A stretch of DNA of 60,462 bases, filler included, from 6 parts of 6 records of this genome joined end to end with filler, not necessarily neighbours in it; one strand, 5' to 3'. Shown: positions 19,971 through 30,435, counted from the whole stretch's first letter. Made by a program: numbers and translations. The notes: a model not told the origin generated them from the letters alone.

Positions 19971-21560
19971 TTATAATTTTTTTCCATTTTCCCTCTTTTC
20001 AATCATATCTATTGCATTATCATACAGTTCTAATATATTTTTTATGTATTGGTTAAATTTTACTCCACCGTCTTCACTAGTTAAAGGATTTTTTCTTGCT
20101 TCTCTAACTAAATAGTTTAAATTAATTTCTTTCCCACTTTCTTTGACAGTTTTTATATATGCAGCACATGAAGTAATGTTATCAACTTCTCCAAAGTTTC
20201 TAATTAGTTTTGATAACTCTTCAATAGAGTTTACTTTCTCTATTCCATCAATAATTCCAAATGGAACATCACTAAAAATCAATGATTTTTTTCCCATTAA
20301 AGCTGCTTCATAAGCTGCTGTTCCGGCAATTGTAATGACACCTATCGAATTTTCAAGCCAAGGTTTTGGATCCAAATAGTAGTTTAATTTAACAACTTTC
20401 ACATTATGAAATTCACTAGCTTTTTTATAAAAATCTAACGCTCTTTCTCCAACCATACTCTGATGTTCTTTTACGTATAGCCAAGTTCCTGCAGGTAAAG
20501 CTTTAGAGATTTGAGCAATTATATTTAACTCATCTATATACCAAGGAGCTTTTACTGAAGTCGTTGATTCTGGTATTAAATGTAAAGGCATATATACATA
20601 CTGATCATTTTTATCGGGTTCAACAAAGTATTCATTATTCTTTAATAATTTTCTTTTATTAATCCAAAAATTTTTAAAAAAACTAATCTGTTTCCATGGA
20701 GAAAAGTATAGAACATCATTACTTTTATAAAACTTATAATTTTTATTCTTAATATATATATCATAATTATATAGTATTGAATTAATTACACCTTTGAATA
20801 TTTCACTTAATTTGGGGGCATTATAGGACGACGTTACATTTCCCTTGAAGTGCTCTGGCATTATTTTTGCTTTTTTTCTATACGAAAGAATGTCGTTTAT
20901 TTCACTTTTTAATTGATTTTCATTTTTTAAATAATCAAGATATTTTTCTTCTATATAATTATCAATTTTTAGACCAAAATTAAATGTTGGATATAAAAAC
21001 CCTTCATACCTAGAGTGTTCGAGTGTAATATATGGAATATTAAATTTTTCACAACATTCAAACATAACAGTTTTTCCATAACCTTCATCTGCTATATCTA
21101 GAATTATATCAGGTTTAAAATCTTCGATAACTGAAAGGGATTTCTTATAATATAACTCAATTAAAATATTTATTTGGTAGTAATCCGGCTGCTTCATAAA
21201 AAATCTATCATGATAGCTTGATGAAAACGGCTGCGATGTTAACAGTTGAAGGTTTAGATTTTTATGTTTGGTAAAATTCTTTTCAAGATATTGTAAATAA
21301 TCTAGATTAACCTTTTTTTCATCTTTTCTTTTAGTAAATTCATTACCTATGTCAATTGCATCATATAATTTTATATCTTTTATTTCCTTAAACTTATAAT
21401 ATGTATCTTCATTGTAAGCACATTTATTAAAAACACACTCAAGCGGTTCAAAAAAATAAACTCCTATAGAATTATTCTTCAATAATTCTTTAATAAGGTA
21501 ATATTGTACCTTATTAGTCTCATCTTTACATAAAATTAAAATTTTCTTATTTTCTATCAT
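19971..21560 (-). CDS. Capsule polysaccharide biosynthesis protein (Capsule_synth / KpsS-like GT-B fold)
   Basis: YMPLHLIPES, YVKEHQ, TIAGTAAYEAALMGK; GGAGG RBS before ATG 21560. Confidence 0.7.
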   Translation of the reverse strand: MIENKKILILCKDETNKVQYYLIKELLKNNSIGVYFFEPLECVFNKCAYNEDTYYKFKEIKDIKLYDAIDIGNEFTKRKDEKKVNLDYLQYLEKNFTKHKNLNLQLLTSQPFSSSYHDRFFMKQPDYYQINILIELYYKKSLSVIEDFKPDIILDIADEGYGKTVMFECCEKFNIPYITLEHSRYEGFLYPTFNFGLKIDNYIEEKYLDYLKNENQLKSEINDILSYRKKAKIMPEHFKGNVTSSYNAPKLSEIFKGVINSILYNYDIYIKNKNYKFYKSNDVLYFSPWKQISFFKNFWINKRKLLKNNEYFVEPDKNDQYVYMPLHLIPESTTSVKAPWYIDELNIIAQISKALPAGTWLYVKEHQSMVGERALDFYKKASEFHNVKVVKLNYYLDPKPWLENSIGVITIAGTAAYEAALMGKKSLIFSDVPFGIIDGIEKVNSIEELSKLIRNFGEVDNITSCAAYIKTVKESGKEINLNYLVREARKNPLTSEDGGVKFNQYIKNILELYDNAIDMIEKRENGKKL

Positions 21561-21639
21561 ATTTCCTCCAAAATTCCGTAATTCATATCTTAACAAAAAA
21601 TATTTTTGGTATAATATATCTCAATAGGAATTTATATTT

Positions 21640-22587
21640 TTATTTAAATAAATTACGCAATTTATAAAGTAAGTTATATAGTTTAGGATGTAGAAATTTT
21701 AGCCTCATTACAAATATCTTATATCTATATTTATCAGCTGAAATATACTTCTCATCATCAGCTCCTCTATCTAAATGAAAAAACATTACTATATTTTCAT
21801 TATTGTAAAATTCTTTGTTGGGAGTCCAATGAGTTCTCATTTCTTTTTCTATTCTATGTCTTTCCTTCAAATTATATCTATTTATCTCTTCCATTGCACC
21901 AGTTAAAGTAACTCTTTTATTTTTTAATAATTTATATCCTTTTTCTATAATTAAATAGTAACAATATACATAATAGTCAAAACAATTCCACTCATTATAT
22001 ACTATTTCTATATAATTATTTTTTTTCATCCAACAAAAAAAATCTTTCAAAGTATCGGTTTTATAAATTGGAATTTCATTAAACCACATATTATACCTAA
22101 AGTTTTCAGTTTCATTTAATAGAACTTCATTATTATTTAAGCCTAAAAAATTCGCGCATTTACTCATTATATCATATCCAACACTGGAGATATTACTCGA
22201 AAGCATTGTTCCAGATTTCCAGATTTCATTTAGAACTATATCAATATTAACATTCTTTATAAATAGACTTTCACAATCAACCGCTGCGACAAATTCATAC
22301 TTAGTATACAAAGTTTCAATTGCATAGAACTTTTTCGCAACAATTGGGTTCTTATATCTTGCATATCCTTCTGGAACTACTAAAAATATTATGTTTGGAG
22401 TTTCTCCTTCAAGCATTCCTTTAAACTTATTTTTTTGTAATTCATCAGAAAATACAAAACAAATGTCTGTATTTATATTATTTTTTAATTTTGAATAGTA
22501 AAAATCTAATGCAAATTTAAAATCGTTATTTTTATCATATATCGGACATATAAAACAACTTTTCATGTTTTTCTTCTCCTTAAACAT
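21640..22587 (-). CDS. Hypothetical protein, probable glycosyltransferase
   Basis: 315-aa ORF in the polysaccharide cluster with a DxE motif (VDCE). Confidence 0.55.
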   Translation of the reverse strand: MFKEKKNMKSCFICPIYDKNNDFKFALDFYYSKLKNNINTDICFVFSDELQKNKFKGMLEGETPNIIFLVVPEGYARYKNPIVAKKFYAIETLYTKYEFVAAVDCESLFIKNVNIDIVLNEIWKSGTMLSSNISSVGYDIMSKCANFLGLNNNEVLLNETENFRYNMWFNEIPIYKTDTLKDFFCWMKKNNYIEIVYNEWNCFDYYVYCYYLIIEKGYKLLKNKRVTLTGAMEEINRYNLKERHRIEKEMRTHWTPNKEFYNNENIVMFFHLDRGADDEKYISADKYRYKIFVMRLKFLHPKLYNLLYKLRNLFK

Positions 22588-22633
22588 AATTAATTTTTAT
22601 TGTATTATTATATTTTTTTACTTTGATTAATAA

Positions 22634-22764
22634 TACAGCAGTTTACAAGAATTTTAATCAAATAGCTTTGAAGTCAATAAAATCAATGTTTTACAATTTG
22701 AAAAGCATACCTATTCAAAGTCAATAAAATCAATGTTTTTTGTAAAAAGTTGTAAACTGGTGTA
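22634..22764. mobile_element. MITE-like element, 131 bp
   Basis: 15-bp TIRs TACAGCAGTTTACAA / TTGTAAACTGGTGTA (one mismatch), ATAA on both flanks, and an internal 22-bp direct repeat at 22671 and 22718. Confidence 0.6.
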
Positions 22765-22821
22765 ATAATAATTAATTTTAATCTTTAATAATTTGTAACT
22801 ACTCAGGCATCTATATAGTGT

Positions 22822-22921
22822 NNNNNNNNNNNNNNNNNNNNNNNNNNNNNNNNNNNNNNNNNNNNTTAATTAATTAANNNNNNNNNNNNNNNNNNNNNNN
22901 NNNNNNNNNNNNNNNNNNNNN
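22822..22921. other. Artificial contig spacer
   Basis: N44-TTAATTAATTAA-N44. Confidence 0.99.
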
Positions 22922-23039
22922 AGTGCATAAGGGTTTCAGAGGTTTTCGAGCGATATCACCCGTATCAATATTGGGTGGAAACTTGCTAGGTTTGAAATTC
23001 GCAATCCCTTACGACACCATACACGGAACGTTACTAGCT
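22922..23039 (+). repeat. attC-like long imperfect palindrome ending in a GTT core (truncated by contig start)
   Basis: GTGCATAAGGGTTT pairs imperfectly with AATCCCTTACGACAC; inner CACCC/GGGTG stem; ends ...CGTTACTAGCT just before an ORF. Confidence 0.55.
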
Positions 23040-23044
23040 ATTAT

Positions 23045-23644
23045 ATGAGGACAGAAACTTTAATTATACTATTTTTCCTTTTTCCATTATTTGTAACTGG
23101 TCAGCTTTACAAATGTGATTCAACCTATCATAATGCCGATTTTACAATTAGGAAGAAATATAAAAATGGACTTAAACATGGATATTGGGAATATCGTTCC
23201 GAAAATAACCCAAACAAGATAATTAAAGTTGAAGAATATTGGTTTGACGAATTAGTTAGGACAGATACTTCAGCTATTTACAAATCAAAAATGTTTTCCA
23301 CTAACGACACGATAATTGAATATCCATTTACTCGGACAATTTTACATGTTTTGTCAAAAAGATTCAATAAGATTGAACCTGAATACTTTTATTACTGCGA
23401 GCTTGACGGAAATGATAATGGTAATTATGATCTGATATTTTACAAAGTTAAAAGGACAGATAAACAAAAAGAGATAGATAAGTTTTTATCACTAACAAAT
23501 AGATATATCGTTCTTGACAAAATTAGAATCCCTATCCTACTTGATATTGACAGAAAATTCGCAAATCTGGGGTGGGTTTTTACTGGATATGAATACATGA
23601 TAAAAATTGACAACAAACAAAGAATATTAGAAATCAATAAATAA
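23045..23644 (+). CDS. Secreted hypothetical protein (one MORN-like motif), cassette-like
   Basis: Signal peptide; KNGLKHGYWEY; flanked by inverted TTACTAGCT / AGCTAGTAA. Confidence 0.7.
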   Translation: MRTETLIILFFLFPLFVTGQLYKCDSTYHNADFTIRKKYKNGLKHGYWEYRSENNPNKIIKVEEYWFDELVRTDTSAIYKSKMFSTNDTIIEYPFTRTILHVLSKRFNKIEPEYFYYCELDGNDNGNYDLIFYKVKRTDKQKEIDKFLSLTNRYIVLDKIRIPILLDIDRKFANLGWVFTGYEYMIKIDNKQRILEINK

Positions 23645-23954
23645 CAGCTAGTAAACGCGGCGTTAGAGCATACGAAGCCACATAGTTGCGAACGGTAGAG
23701 GTTCTTTTTTACTCCGACAACCTTTAGCTCGCAGCCTGTCCCGATTATTCCATCGGGAAGCACAATGAAAATCAATTATGATGCGAGCAATAATGCGTAT
23801 TGACGATTAGAATTATAAATTTGTATAAAACTAAAATGTACTGAACTGATTGTTTAATGGCATTAGGTCGACAACGGATCAAAATGAAATAATATAAAAA
23901 CAATCTATTCGTTTCAAAACTGCATACTTTGTGCGTAAACTTAAGTAACAGACA

Positions 23955-24959
23955 ATGAGACTATTATTATTTATTTTATTAACATCATTTGCTTCCTGTT
24001 ATGGACAATCTGATAATTTTAGAATTTCAAACGAGATATCATCCTTGGTAAAACGAATATCTGAAAAAAATATAGTAACCGGTTCAGCAGTTGGATATGC
24101 GGGTACAAAACCTAAACAGTGGGATAGATTTGTAAAGCTTCAAAAGAAAGCAACAGATAAAGAATTGATTTTTTTGACAGATCATAAAAATGAAGCTGTC
24201 CGCTGCTACGCATTTCAAGCATTGGTTATGAGAAATAATGAAAAATGTTTCGATATACTGAAAGCACATCTAACAGATAAAAAATATGTTGAAACGTTCT
24301 TTGGTTGTATTATGAATGAAGAAATTGTTGGTGATTATTTTATACAATGTGTATGGCCTCCCTTTAATAAAGATTCATATGCGCTATCGGAGCAGCAAAA
24401 AATAGAGTTAGACAGCATCGTAATATTTGATGATAACATAAAATTATCTTTTAAAGATGGGATTTTAAAAGGACTTAAACCTAAACCAAAATATTATAAT
24501 CGGATAAGAGAAATTGTTAAAGAAGAGGATAATTTAAAAGCGTTGGTTGCTTTAGCCAAATATCAAAAGCCACATGATATCCCAATAATAGAAAAATACT
24601 TTAATGATGAAAAAAGTCAATATTGGGCTACTTATGCAGTTAGAGAATATCCTGATTCATCTTTTTACAGGTATTTATTAAACGTTTTCGAACAAGAATG
24701 GAGCAATAAATATTACGACTATCCTCTGTGGAGAATACTATATCAAACATTGGCTCAATACCCCACAGACAAAACAATTGAACTATTTGAAAGGACTATT
24801 ATTGAGGGAGATAGATTTAGAAAACAAACATTAGGCAAGTATTTAATGATTGCAATAACTAAGTATCCACATGAAAGATTTGAACAAATTAAAAATGAGA
24901 TTAAACTTGATGATTTTAACCAGAATGAATTATCATATGAAATAAATATTGAAGATTAA
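23955..24959 (+). CDS. Secreted helical-repeat (HEAT-like) hypothetical protein
   Basis: Signal peptide; LTDHKNEAVRCYAFQAL HEAT-like motif. Confidence 0.7.
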   Translation: MRLLLFILLTSFASCYGQSDNFRISNEISSLVKRISEKNIVTGSAVGYAGTKPKQWDRFVKLQKKATDKELIFLTDHKNEAVRCYAFQALVMRNNEKCFDILKAHLTDKKYVETFFGCIMNEEIVGDYFIQCVWPPFNKDSYALSEQQKIELDSIVIFDDNIKLSFKDGILKGLKPKPKYYNRIREIVKEEDNLKALVALAKYQKPHDIPIIEKYFNDEKSQYWATYAVREYPDSSFYRYLLNVFEQEWSNKYYDYPLWRILYQTLAQYPTDKTIELFERTIIEGDRFRKQTLGKYLMIAITKYPHERFEQIKNEIKLDDFNQNELSYEINIED

Positions 24960-24986
24960 AAATGCAGTAAGCAATAGCAGTTCAAG

Positions 24987-25577
24987 ATGAAAGGCAAAAT
25001 TAAAGCAAATACAGTTGACAAATACCTGCGCCCCATCAGGAAACAAATAGTTGATTTGATTAAACCTGACTCATCAGTGACCGAATATGGGTGTGGCAAC
25101 GGAGATTTGCTTTTTAAACTTTCAAACAAAATTAATTCGGGAGTTGGTCTGGACAATTCGAAACAATTAATAGCATATGCTAATGACAGAGTAGAAAAAG
25201 AACAGGTTAAAAATCTGGAATTCAAATTGATCGACATACTTCAGTACGAATTTTTGGAATCTGAACAAGACTATTCTATTGCAAGCCTTTTATTACATAT
25301 CCTACCCCAGGAAAGGGCAATAGAATTGGTGGAAAAAATGATTAATAACTCCAAAACAACTATAATTTGTGGGTTCAGTAAACCGAAAAACTTCAAACAG
25401 AAAATGTTGCTTTGGTTCGATCAGAGGTTTACGAAACATTATCACAAATTTAAAGTCTATGCAAAAAATGGCTACGCAGAAGGCTTGCTCAATTCAATTC
25501 AACCTATACAATACCGGAAAATTGACACCTTCGATCCGGCAATTAAAATCTATGAGATAACAAAAAATCGACTCTAG
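24987..25577 (+). CDS. Class I SAM-dependent methyltransferase
   Basis: EYGCGNG motif I, GLDNS, LLLH. Confidence 0.85.
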   Translation: MKGKIKANTVDKYLRPIRKQIVDLIKPDSSVTEYGCGNGDLLFKLSNKINSGVGLDNSKQLIAYANDRVEKEQVKNLEFKLIDILQYEFLESEQDYSIASLLLHILPQERAIELVEKMINNSKTTIICGFSKPKNFKQKMLLWFDQRFTKHYHKFKVYAKNGYAEGLLNSIQPIQYRKIDTFDPAIKIYEITKNRL

Positions 25578-25681
25578 CATTTATTAGCTATTGAGTATAC
25601 CTAAAATGAACTTATCATTTTTTTTGCAAACAATGTTTCATTATATTCACACTTAAATATTACTGACCATTTGTAAAATAT

Positions 25682-27115
25682 ATGAATAATTTAGACTTAA
25701 AAAAGAAATGGTTTGAGCATTACCAATCTTCACCTGAGCAATTAGAAAAAATGTCCAGTGTACAGGGCCTCATAAGTGCTTTTAATTCTAATATTGATGC
25801 AGTAATAAAGATTTCAGGAGAGCGAATTGAAGACCTGCTTTACTCACACAACATTGATCCTGATGTCGTATTGGCTGACGGAAAGAAACGAATCAAAACC
25901 AAAGAAGATGCTTTCCGTGGATTAATAAAATGCTTTAAAGGTGGCATTGCTGAAGAATGGTTAATACATGAAAAAACCGTTTTCGATTGGTTAAACGAAA
26001 ATATTGGCTATGAAATAATGCAAATGGGTGGCCAGGGAGGCATTGTTGCTAATGCAATGGCTGTGTGTGGTGTGCAAAATGTTTTTGTACATACAGCCTC
26101 TTCACCTAAACCTCAATCAAACTTATTTTTGGACTTAGAAAATCTTAAGAATGTAAATTCAGCCGGTGAATTGCAAAAAGCTTATGATATAGATAGACCA
26201 GCTGATGTGCCACTTATACACTGGATTATTGAGTTTGACATAGGTGATAAACTTACGCTGGGAGATAAAACATTTACATGTCCAAAATCCAATCGTTTTA
26301 TTGCTACGTATGATCCATTAAATTTTGAATTGTCCATTGACGAGGCTTTTGATCAAAAAATGAGCGACGTTTCCACGAATTTTGAATATATCATTCTTTC
26401 AGGTTACCAAATGCTAAGTAAAACACTACCAGATGGGCGATCAGGTATTGAAAGAATAGATGAATCAATGGAAAAGGTGTCTAAATGGCGCAAAAATAAT
26501 CCGCATAGCATTTTGCATTTCGAAATTGCTTCCACTCAGGATAAAGTCATTCGTAAATACTTAGTAGAAAAATTAGCCAAAGAGGTTGACAGTCTTGGCG
26601 TTAATGAACGGGAGCTTATTGATATTCTGGAAGTTATTGGAGAGGAAGAATTAGCTGCACAATGCGATAAAGAAACCAGCAGTAGCAATCTATTTAAGGG
26701 AATGCTCAAAGTATTCGATTACACTAAATGTCCACGCATTCAATTACATATGTTCGGACTTTACATCACATTACAGAAAAAAGGATACCAGGTCTCTCCT
26801 ATCCAAAACCGCAAAGGCATGCAACTGGCAGCACATATTGCGGCCACTAAGGCTGGCACTGGAGCAATTAACTCAGAAGAGATTTTATTGTGGTCTTCAG
26901 ATAAAGAAGTCTCTGATATTGGATTAAACGAATTAAAAGGTTTATCTGAAGTAGTTTCAGAAATTTTTGGAGAAAATCAATTAGTTGAAGAAGGCATTTT
27001 TGAAAACAATGAAATAGAAATTATTGCCGTACCAACCATTATCATCGAAAAACCTATTACACTTGTTGGAATGGGAGATACTATTTCGTCGATTTCGTTA
27101 GTTGGGGCGCGGTAA
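25682..27115 (+). CDS. ADP-dependent glucokinase/phosphofructokinase (PfkC family)
   Basis: FNSNIDA, MGGQGGIVAN, HWIIEF, PKSNRFIA, ILSGYQ, HFEIAS, GVNEREL, PT...KP...VGMGDTISS. Confidence 0.88.
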   Translation: MNNLDLKKKWFEHYQSSPEQLEKMSSVQGLISAFNSNIDAVIKISGERIEDLLYSHNIDPDVVLADGKKRIKTKEDAFRGLIKCFKGGIAEEWLIHEKTVFDWLNENIGYEIMQMGGQGGIVANAMAVCGVQNVFVHTASSPKPQSNLFLDLENLKNVNSAGELQKAYDIDRPADVPLIHWIIEFDIGDKLTLGDKTFTCPKSNRFIATYDPLNFELSIDEAFDQKMSDVSTNFEYIILSGYQMLSKTLPDGRSGIERIDESMEKVSKWRKNNPHSILHFEIASTQDKVIRKYLVEKLAKEVDSLGVNERELIDILEVIGEEELAAQCDKETSSSNLFKGMLKVFDYTKCPRIQLHMFGLYITLQKKGYQVSPIQNRKGMQLAAHIAATKAGTGAINSEEILLWSSDKEVSDIGLNELKGLSEVVSEIFGENQLVEEGIFENNEIEIIAVPTIIIEKPITLVGMGDTISSISLVGAR

Positions 27116-27252
27116 GGAGATAGCATCAAAATTATTGCAAATAATATAGCAAGCTATCAGATTTCTAATACGATGAGTTGCATTAGTGAGAATGATCACA
27201 TATTAATTCTAACTGAATGCTTAAACTAACTTTCAATTAAACGAAAAATCAA

Positions 27253-28158
27253 ATGCTTGAATTTCTTAATCGTCCATATCCTTTCACTTTTATTCCATCG
27301 AGAAGAATCAAGCAAATAATACCAATTGGTATTAGTGTGTTTCTATTCCTGATACTGTTTAAACCTTTTGGACTTGGAGATAATCCGGATTATATACTTT
27401 TTTCAGCTTATATGGTGACATGTGCAGCTTTTGCGGGTTTGTTAACTACCGTTTTAATTCCATTAGCTTTTCCAAAGTATTTTAATGAGCGTAAGTGGAC
27501 ACTGAAAAGAAATCTACTTTGGGTTCTTGGGATTAATATTATCTTCGTTATCATCATGTTTCCTGCTTTAAATGTTTTTTTAATTGTCAAATACCATTCT
27601 TTTCAAGAGTTCACTTTTACTAACTTTTTATGGTGGCTTTATCTTCAATTGATAATTGGAGTAACAATAGGAATGATTATAAATTTATTCAATCAAAATT
27701 ATCTTCTTAAAAAGCATCATAGAATTGCTGCTATTATTAATTCTGAAACTAAAAAAGAAAATCTTGAGCGAACAGAAACACACATTGAAAATACTGTCAA
27801 AAACAATGAAGCAAATCATTTAGAATTTGAAATTGATAAGTTTAATAAAGTTAAAATTAGCATTGATAAACTTATCTATATTGAAGCTTTAGGAAACTAT
27901 ATCAATATTGTCTATTACATAAACGAGTATAAGAAAATAACCGTACGGGAAACAATCAGCAATATTGAAAAGAAAACAAATAACTCTCAAACTGTTTATA
28001 AACCACATCGGTCATATCTGGTAAATTTACACTTCATCGAAAACATTACCGGAGATTCGCAAGGCTTAAAAATTCATCTAAAAAATTCTAAAAAAGTTAT
28101 TCCAGTTTCAAGAAATAAAATAAAAGAGTTTAGGACGCTTGCAACTTCAATTATGTAA
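27253..28158 (+). CDS. Membrane-anchored LytTR-family regulator
   Basis: Four TM helices, then YIEALGNY and HRSYLVN, IPVSR (LytTR). Confidence 0.9.
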   Translation: MLEFLNRPYPFTFIPSRRIKQIIPIGISVFLFLILFKPFGLGDNPDYILFSAYMVTCAAFAGLLTTVLIPLAFPKYFNERKWTLKRNLLWVLGINIIFVIIMFPALNVFLIVKYHSFQEFTFTNFLWWLYLQLIIGVTIGMIINLFNQNYLLKKHHRIAAIINSETKKENLERTETHIENTVKNNEANHLEFEIDKFNKVKISIDKLIYIEALGNYINIVYYINEYKKITVRETISNIEKKTNNSQTVYKPHRSYLVNLHFIENITGDSQGLKIHLKNSKKVIPVSRNKIKEFRTLATSIM

Positions 28159-28167
28159 ACATCTCGT

Positions 28168-28200
28168 ACATTTCGTCACATATTTCCACATCTCATCACA
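28168..28200 (+). promoter_or_regulatory. Direct repeat, putative LytTR binding site
   Basis: ACATTTCGTCACA and ACATCTCATCACA at a 20-bp period, between the LytTR gene and the hydrolase gene. Confidence 0.55.
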
Positions 28201-28276
28201 AAAAGTTTTACTACCAGTATTTGTATTCTAAGTTTACTTTCGAGTTAAATTAAGTATAAACGCAAAGCATACTTTT

Positions 28277-29773
28277 ATGAACCTAAATATCAAAACTATT
28301 TTATCAATTGTTTTATCTTTAATTATTATCCCTTCTTGTGCTGAGAATAATAATGCAAATAAAGGTGTTGGAGAAAAGCATGACTATTTAAAACAAATTC
28401 TCAATGATAATAATATTGATGGAATAGCCGCTGCATTTTTCACAAAAGACGAAATAATATGGAAAGAGTGTCTTGGAAAGTCAACATATAACAAACCAAT
28501 TAATGATTCAACATTATTTGGAATCTGTTCAATATCCAAAAATTTTACCTCATTAGCTGTAATGTTTGCCGTTCAGGATGGATTGCTTGACTTAGATTCC
28601 CCTATCATAAAATATCTTCCTGATTTCAAAGTAAATAGCTGTTATGAAGAATCTCCGGAAGATAAGATTACATTGCGAATGATGCTTTCAAATACAGCGG
28701 GTTTTACACATGAAGCTCCAATAGGAAATAATGTCGATTATAGTTGCAAATCAAAACAAGAACATTGGAATAGTATCAGAGAAACTTGGTTAAAGTTTCC
28801 GGTTAATACAGGATATTCTTATTCCGCACTTGGTTTTGATTTAGCGGCTGAAATAATAGAAAAAGTAAGTGGACAAAGTTTTGAAACTTATGTAAAAGAA
28901 AAAATCTTTATTCCACTTGATATGAAGTATTCAACCTTTAGCGACAGTGTATTTTTATCAAATAAAAACAGAACGGAAGGCGTTTTAAATCCTTTTGTAA
29001 AAGAAAATCATAAAAAAATTCCCCAGATTGGTGCTGCAGGCGCATATTCTAATATTGATGACATGGTAAAATATGTGCAGTTTCATTTGAATTTTGGGAA
29101 TTTAGACAATAAACAGTTAATTGAAAAGAAGCATCTTTTTGAAATGTACACCATTAATCGAAATTTTTATGGTTTGGGAACAGGAATCGAAAGACCTGAT
29201 AATAATGAAACACTTAAAACTTTTTATTTAATTCATAATGGTGGTGGATTTGGATATGCATCGACAATGATGTGGTTTCCTGAATATGGATTAGGTTGTG
29301 TAATCCTTGGAAACAAAACATCTAATTTATACAATCCAGCAGTAAACATTATAACAGAATACATTTTAAAAAATGAGAAAATTCTTAATAATAAAAATCC
29401 GAATATTGGTTTTACTACTGTCTTTAAGCCCTGGGAGAATAGTCCACAAAATTTAAGCTTTATTTATCCTAATATTGGAATGAATAGCAAAAATCTAAAA
29501 GGAAATAGCATTGTGGGAAAATATGAAATTGTCCTTGATATGACAGAAGCAAAATGGTTTGCTAAGGTTGCAGCATTTATAGGAATTAAGTTTGTTAAAA
29601 TTAAGGTTTTTCAGGAGAATGATAAGTTAATAACTACGGGATATTTTGGAAGATATGAATTAACAGAATATATTTCAGGTCTTTATTTTACAAACGATGG
29701 AGAAGCCTTTGATATTCGAAATAACATACCAACTTTTAAGAATATTAAATTGAGAAAGTATTCCAGGAAATAA
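28277..29773 (+). CDS. Serine hydrolase, beta-lactamase class C-like family, probable lipoprotein
   Basis: SxxK (SISK), YSYSA and HNGG motifs; PSC lipobox-like signal. Confidence 0.85.
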   Translation: MNLNIKTILSIVLSLIIIPSCAENNNANKGVGEKHDYLKQILNDNNIDGIAAAFFTKDEIIWKECLGKSTYNKPINDSTLFGICSISKNFTSLAVMFAVQDGLLDLDSPIIKYLPDFKVNSCYEESPEDKITLRMMLSNTAGFTHEAPIGNNVDYSCKSKQEHWNSIRETWLKFPVNTGYSYSALGFDLAAEIIEKVSGQSFETYVKEKIFIPLDMKYSTFSDSVFLSNKNRTEGVLNPFVKENHKKIPQIGAAGAYSNIDDMVKYVQFHLNFGNLDNKQLIEKKHLFEMYTINRNFYGLGTGIERPDNNETLKTFYLIHNGGGFGYASTMMWFPEYGLGCVILGNKTSNLYNPAVNIITEYILKNEKILNNKNPNIGFTTVFKPWENSPQNLSFIYPNIGMNSKNLKGNSIVGKYEIVLDMTEAKWFAKVAAFIGIKFVKIKVFQENDKLITTGYFGRYELTEYISGLYFTNDGEAFDIRNNIPTFKNIKLRKYSRK

Positions 29774-29952
29774 TTTTTTTGTAAAAATAAGGTCTTATGT
29801 AAAAATATCATTTGTTTCCTAAACTCCCATTGAATTCAATCACACCACATGACTGTTGTTTTCGCAACCCATTTTTATTAACTTTATAAGCTGAGCGTAT
29901 TAAATATACGGAAATAAATTAAGCACATAATCATATTAAAATAGCATTACAA

Positions 29953-30435
29953 ATGAAAAATCTAAAAAATTATTTTTTGATTAGCTGCGTCCTAATTTTG
30001 GGTGCAGTAGCATGTGAAAAAGACGAAGATGATAATAATAATTCATCAGATTTATGGAGTGGTATTGTAGAAACTCAGTATTATGACGAAGAGATCTTAC
30101 CAAACACTTATTTAGATTTTTATGGACAATGGGACATTGTAAATATTTCCGGAGGATTTGGTGGAACAGGATATTCACCAGATTTTGATTATCTGGAAAT
30201 CAGAAACTATGGTATATATGGTTTTGTTCGAAGTGACAGTTTATTAGAATACGGACAAATTGTGATTAATGAGCAAAACACTGAACACCTCAGGATTACA
30301 TTACAGCGAGATGAAAACTCGGATTTCTTTTTTAACGAGTTTGAGCTTTTTGTTAAATTACCTACAAGTGATTCACTGAATTTGATTTCCTCAGCAATTG
30401 ATGGATACAATTATCATTTCAATAGAATGGAATAG
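29953..30435 (+). CDS. Hypothetical lipoprotein
   Basis: AVAC lipobox followed by an acidic stretch; W...SGGFGG motif. Confidence 0.75.
   Translation: MKNLKNYFLISCVLILGAVACEKDEDDNNNSSDLWSGIVETQYYDEEILPNTYLDFYGQWDIVNISGGFGGTGYSPDFDYLEIRNYGIYGFVRSDSLLEYGQIVINEQNTEHLRITLQRDENSDFFFNEFELFVKLPTSDSLNLISSAIDGYNYHFNRME

Noticed and set aside
23739..23758. TCCCGAT-N6-ATCGGGA hairpin
   Set aside because: A single short palindrome of a kind common in Bacteroidota intergenic DNA; no function can be supported.
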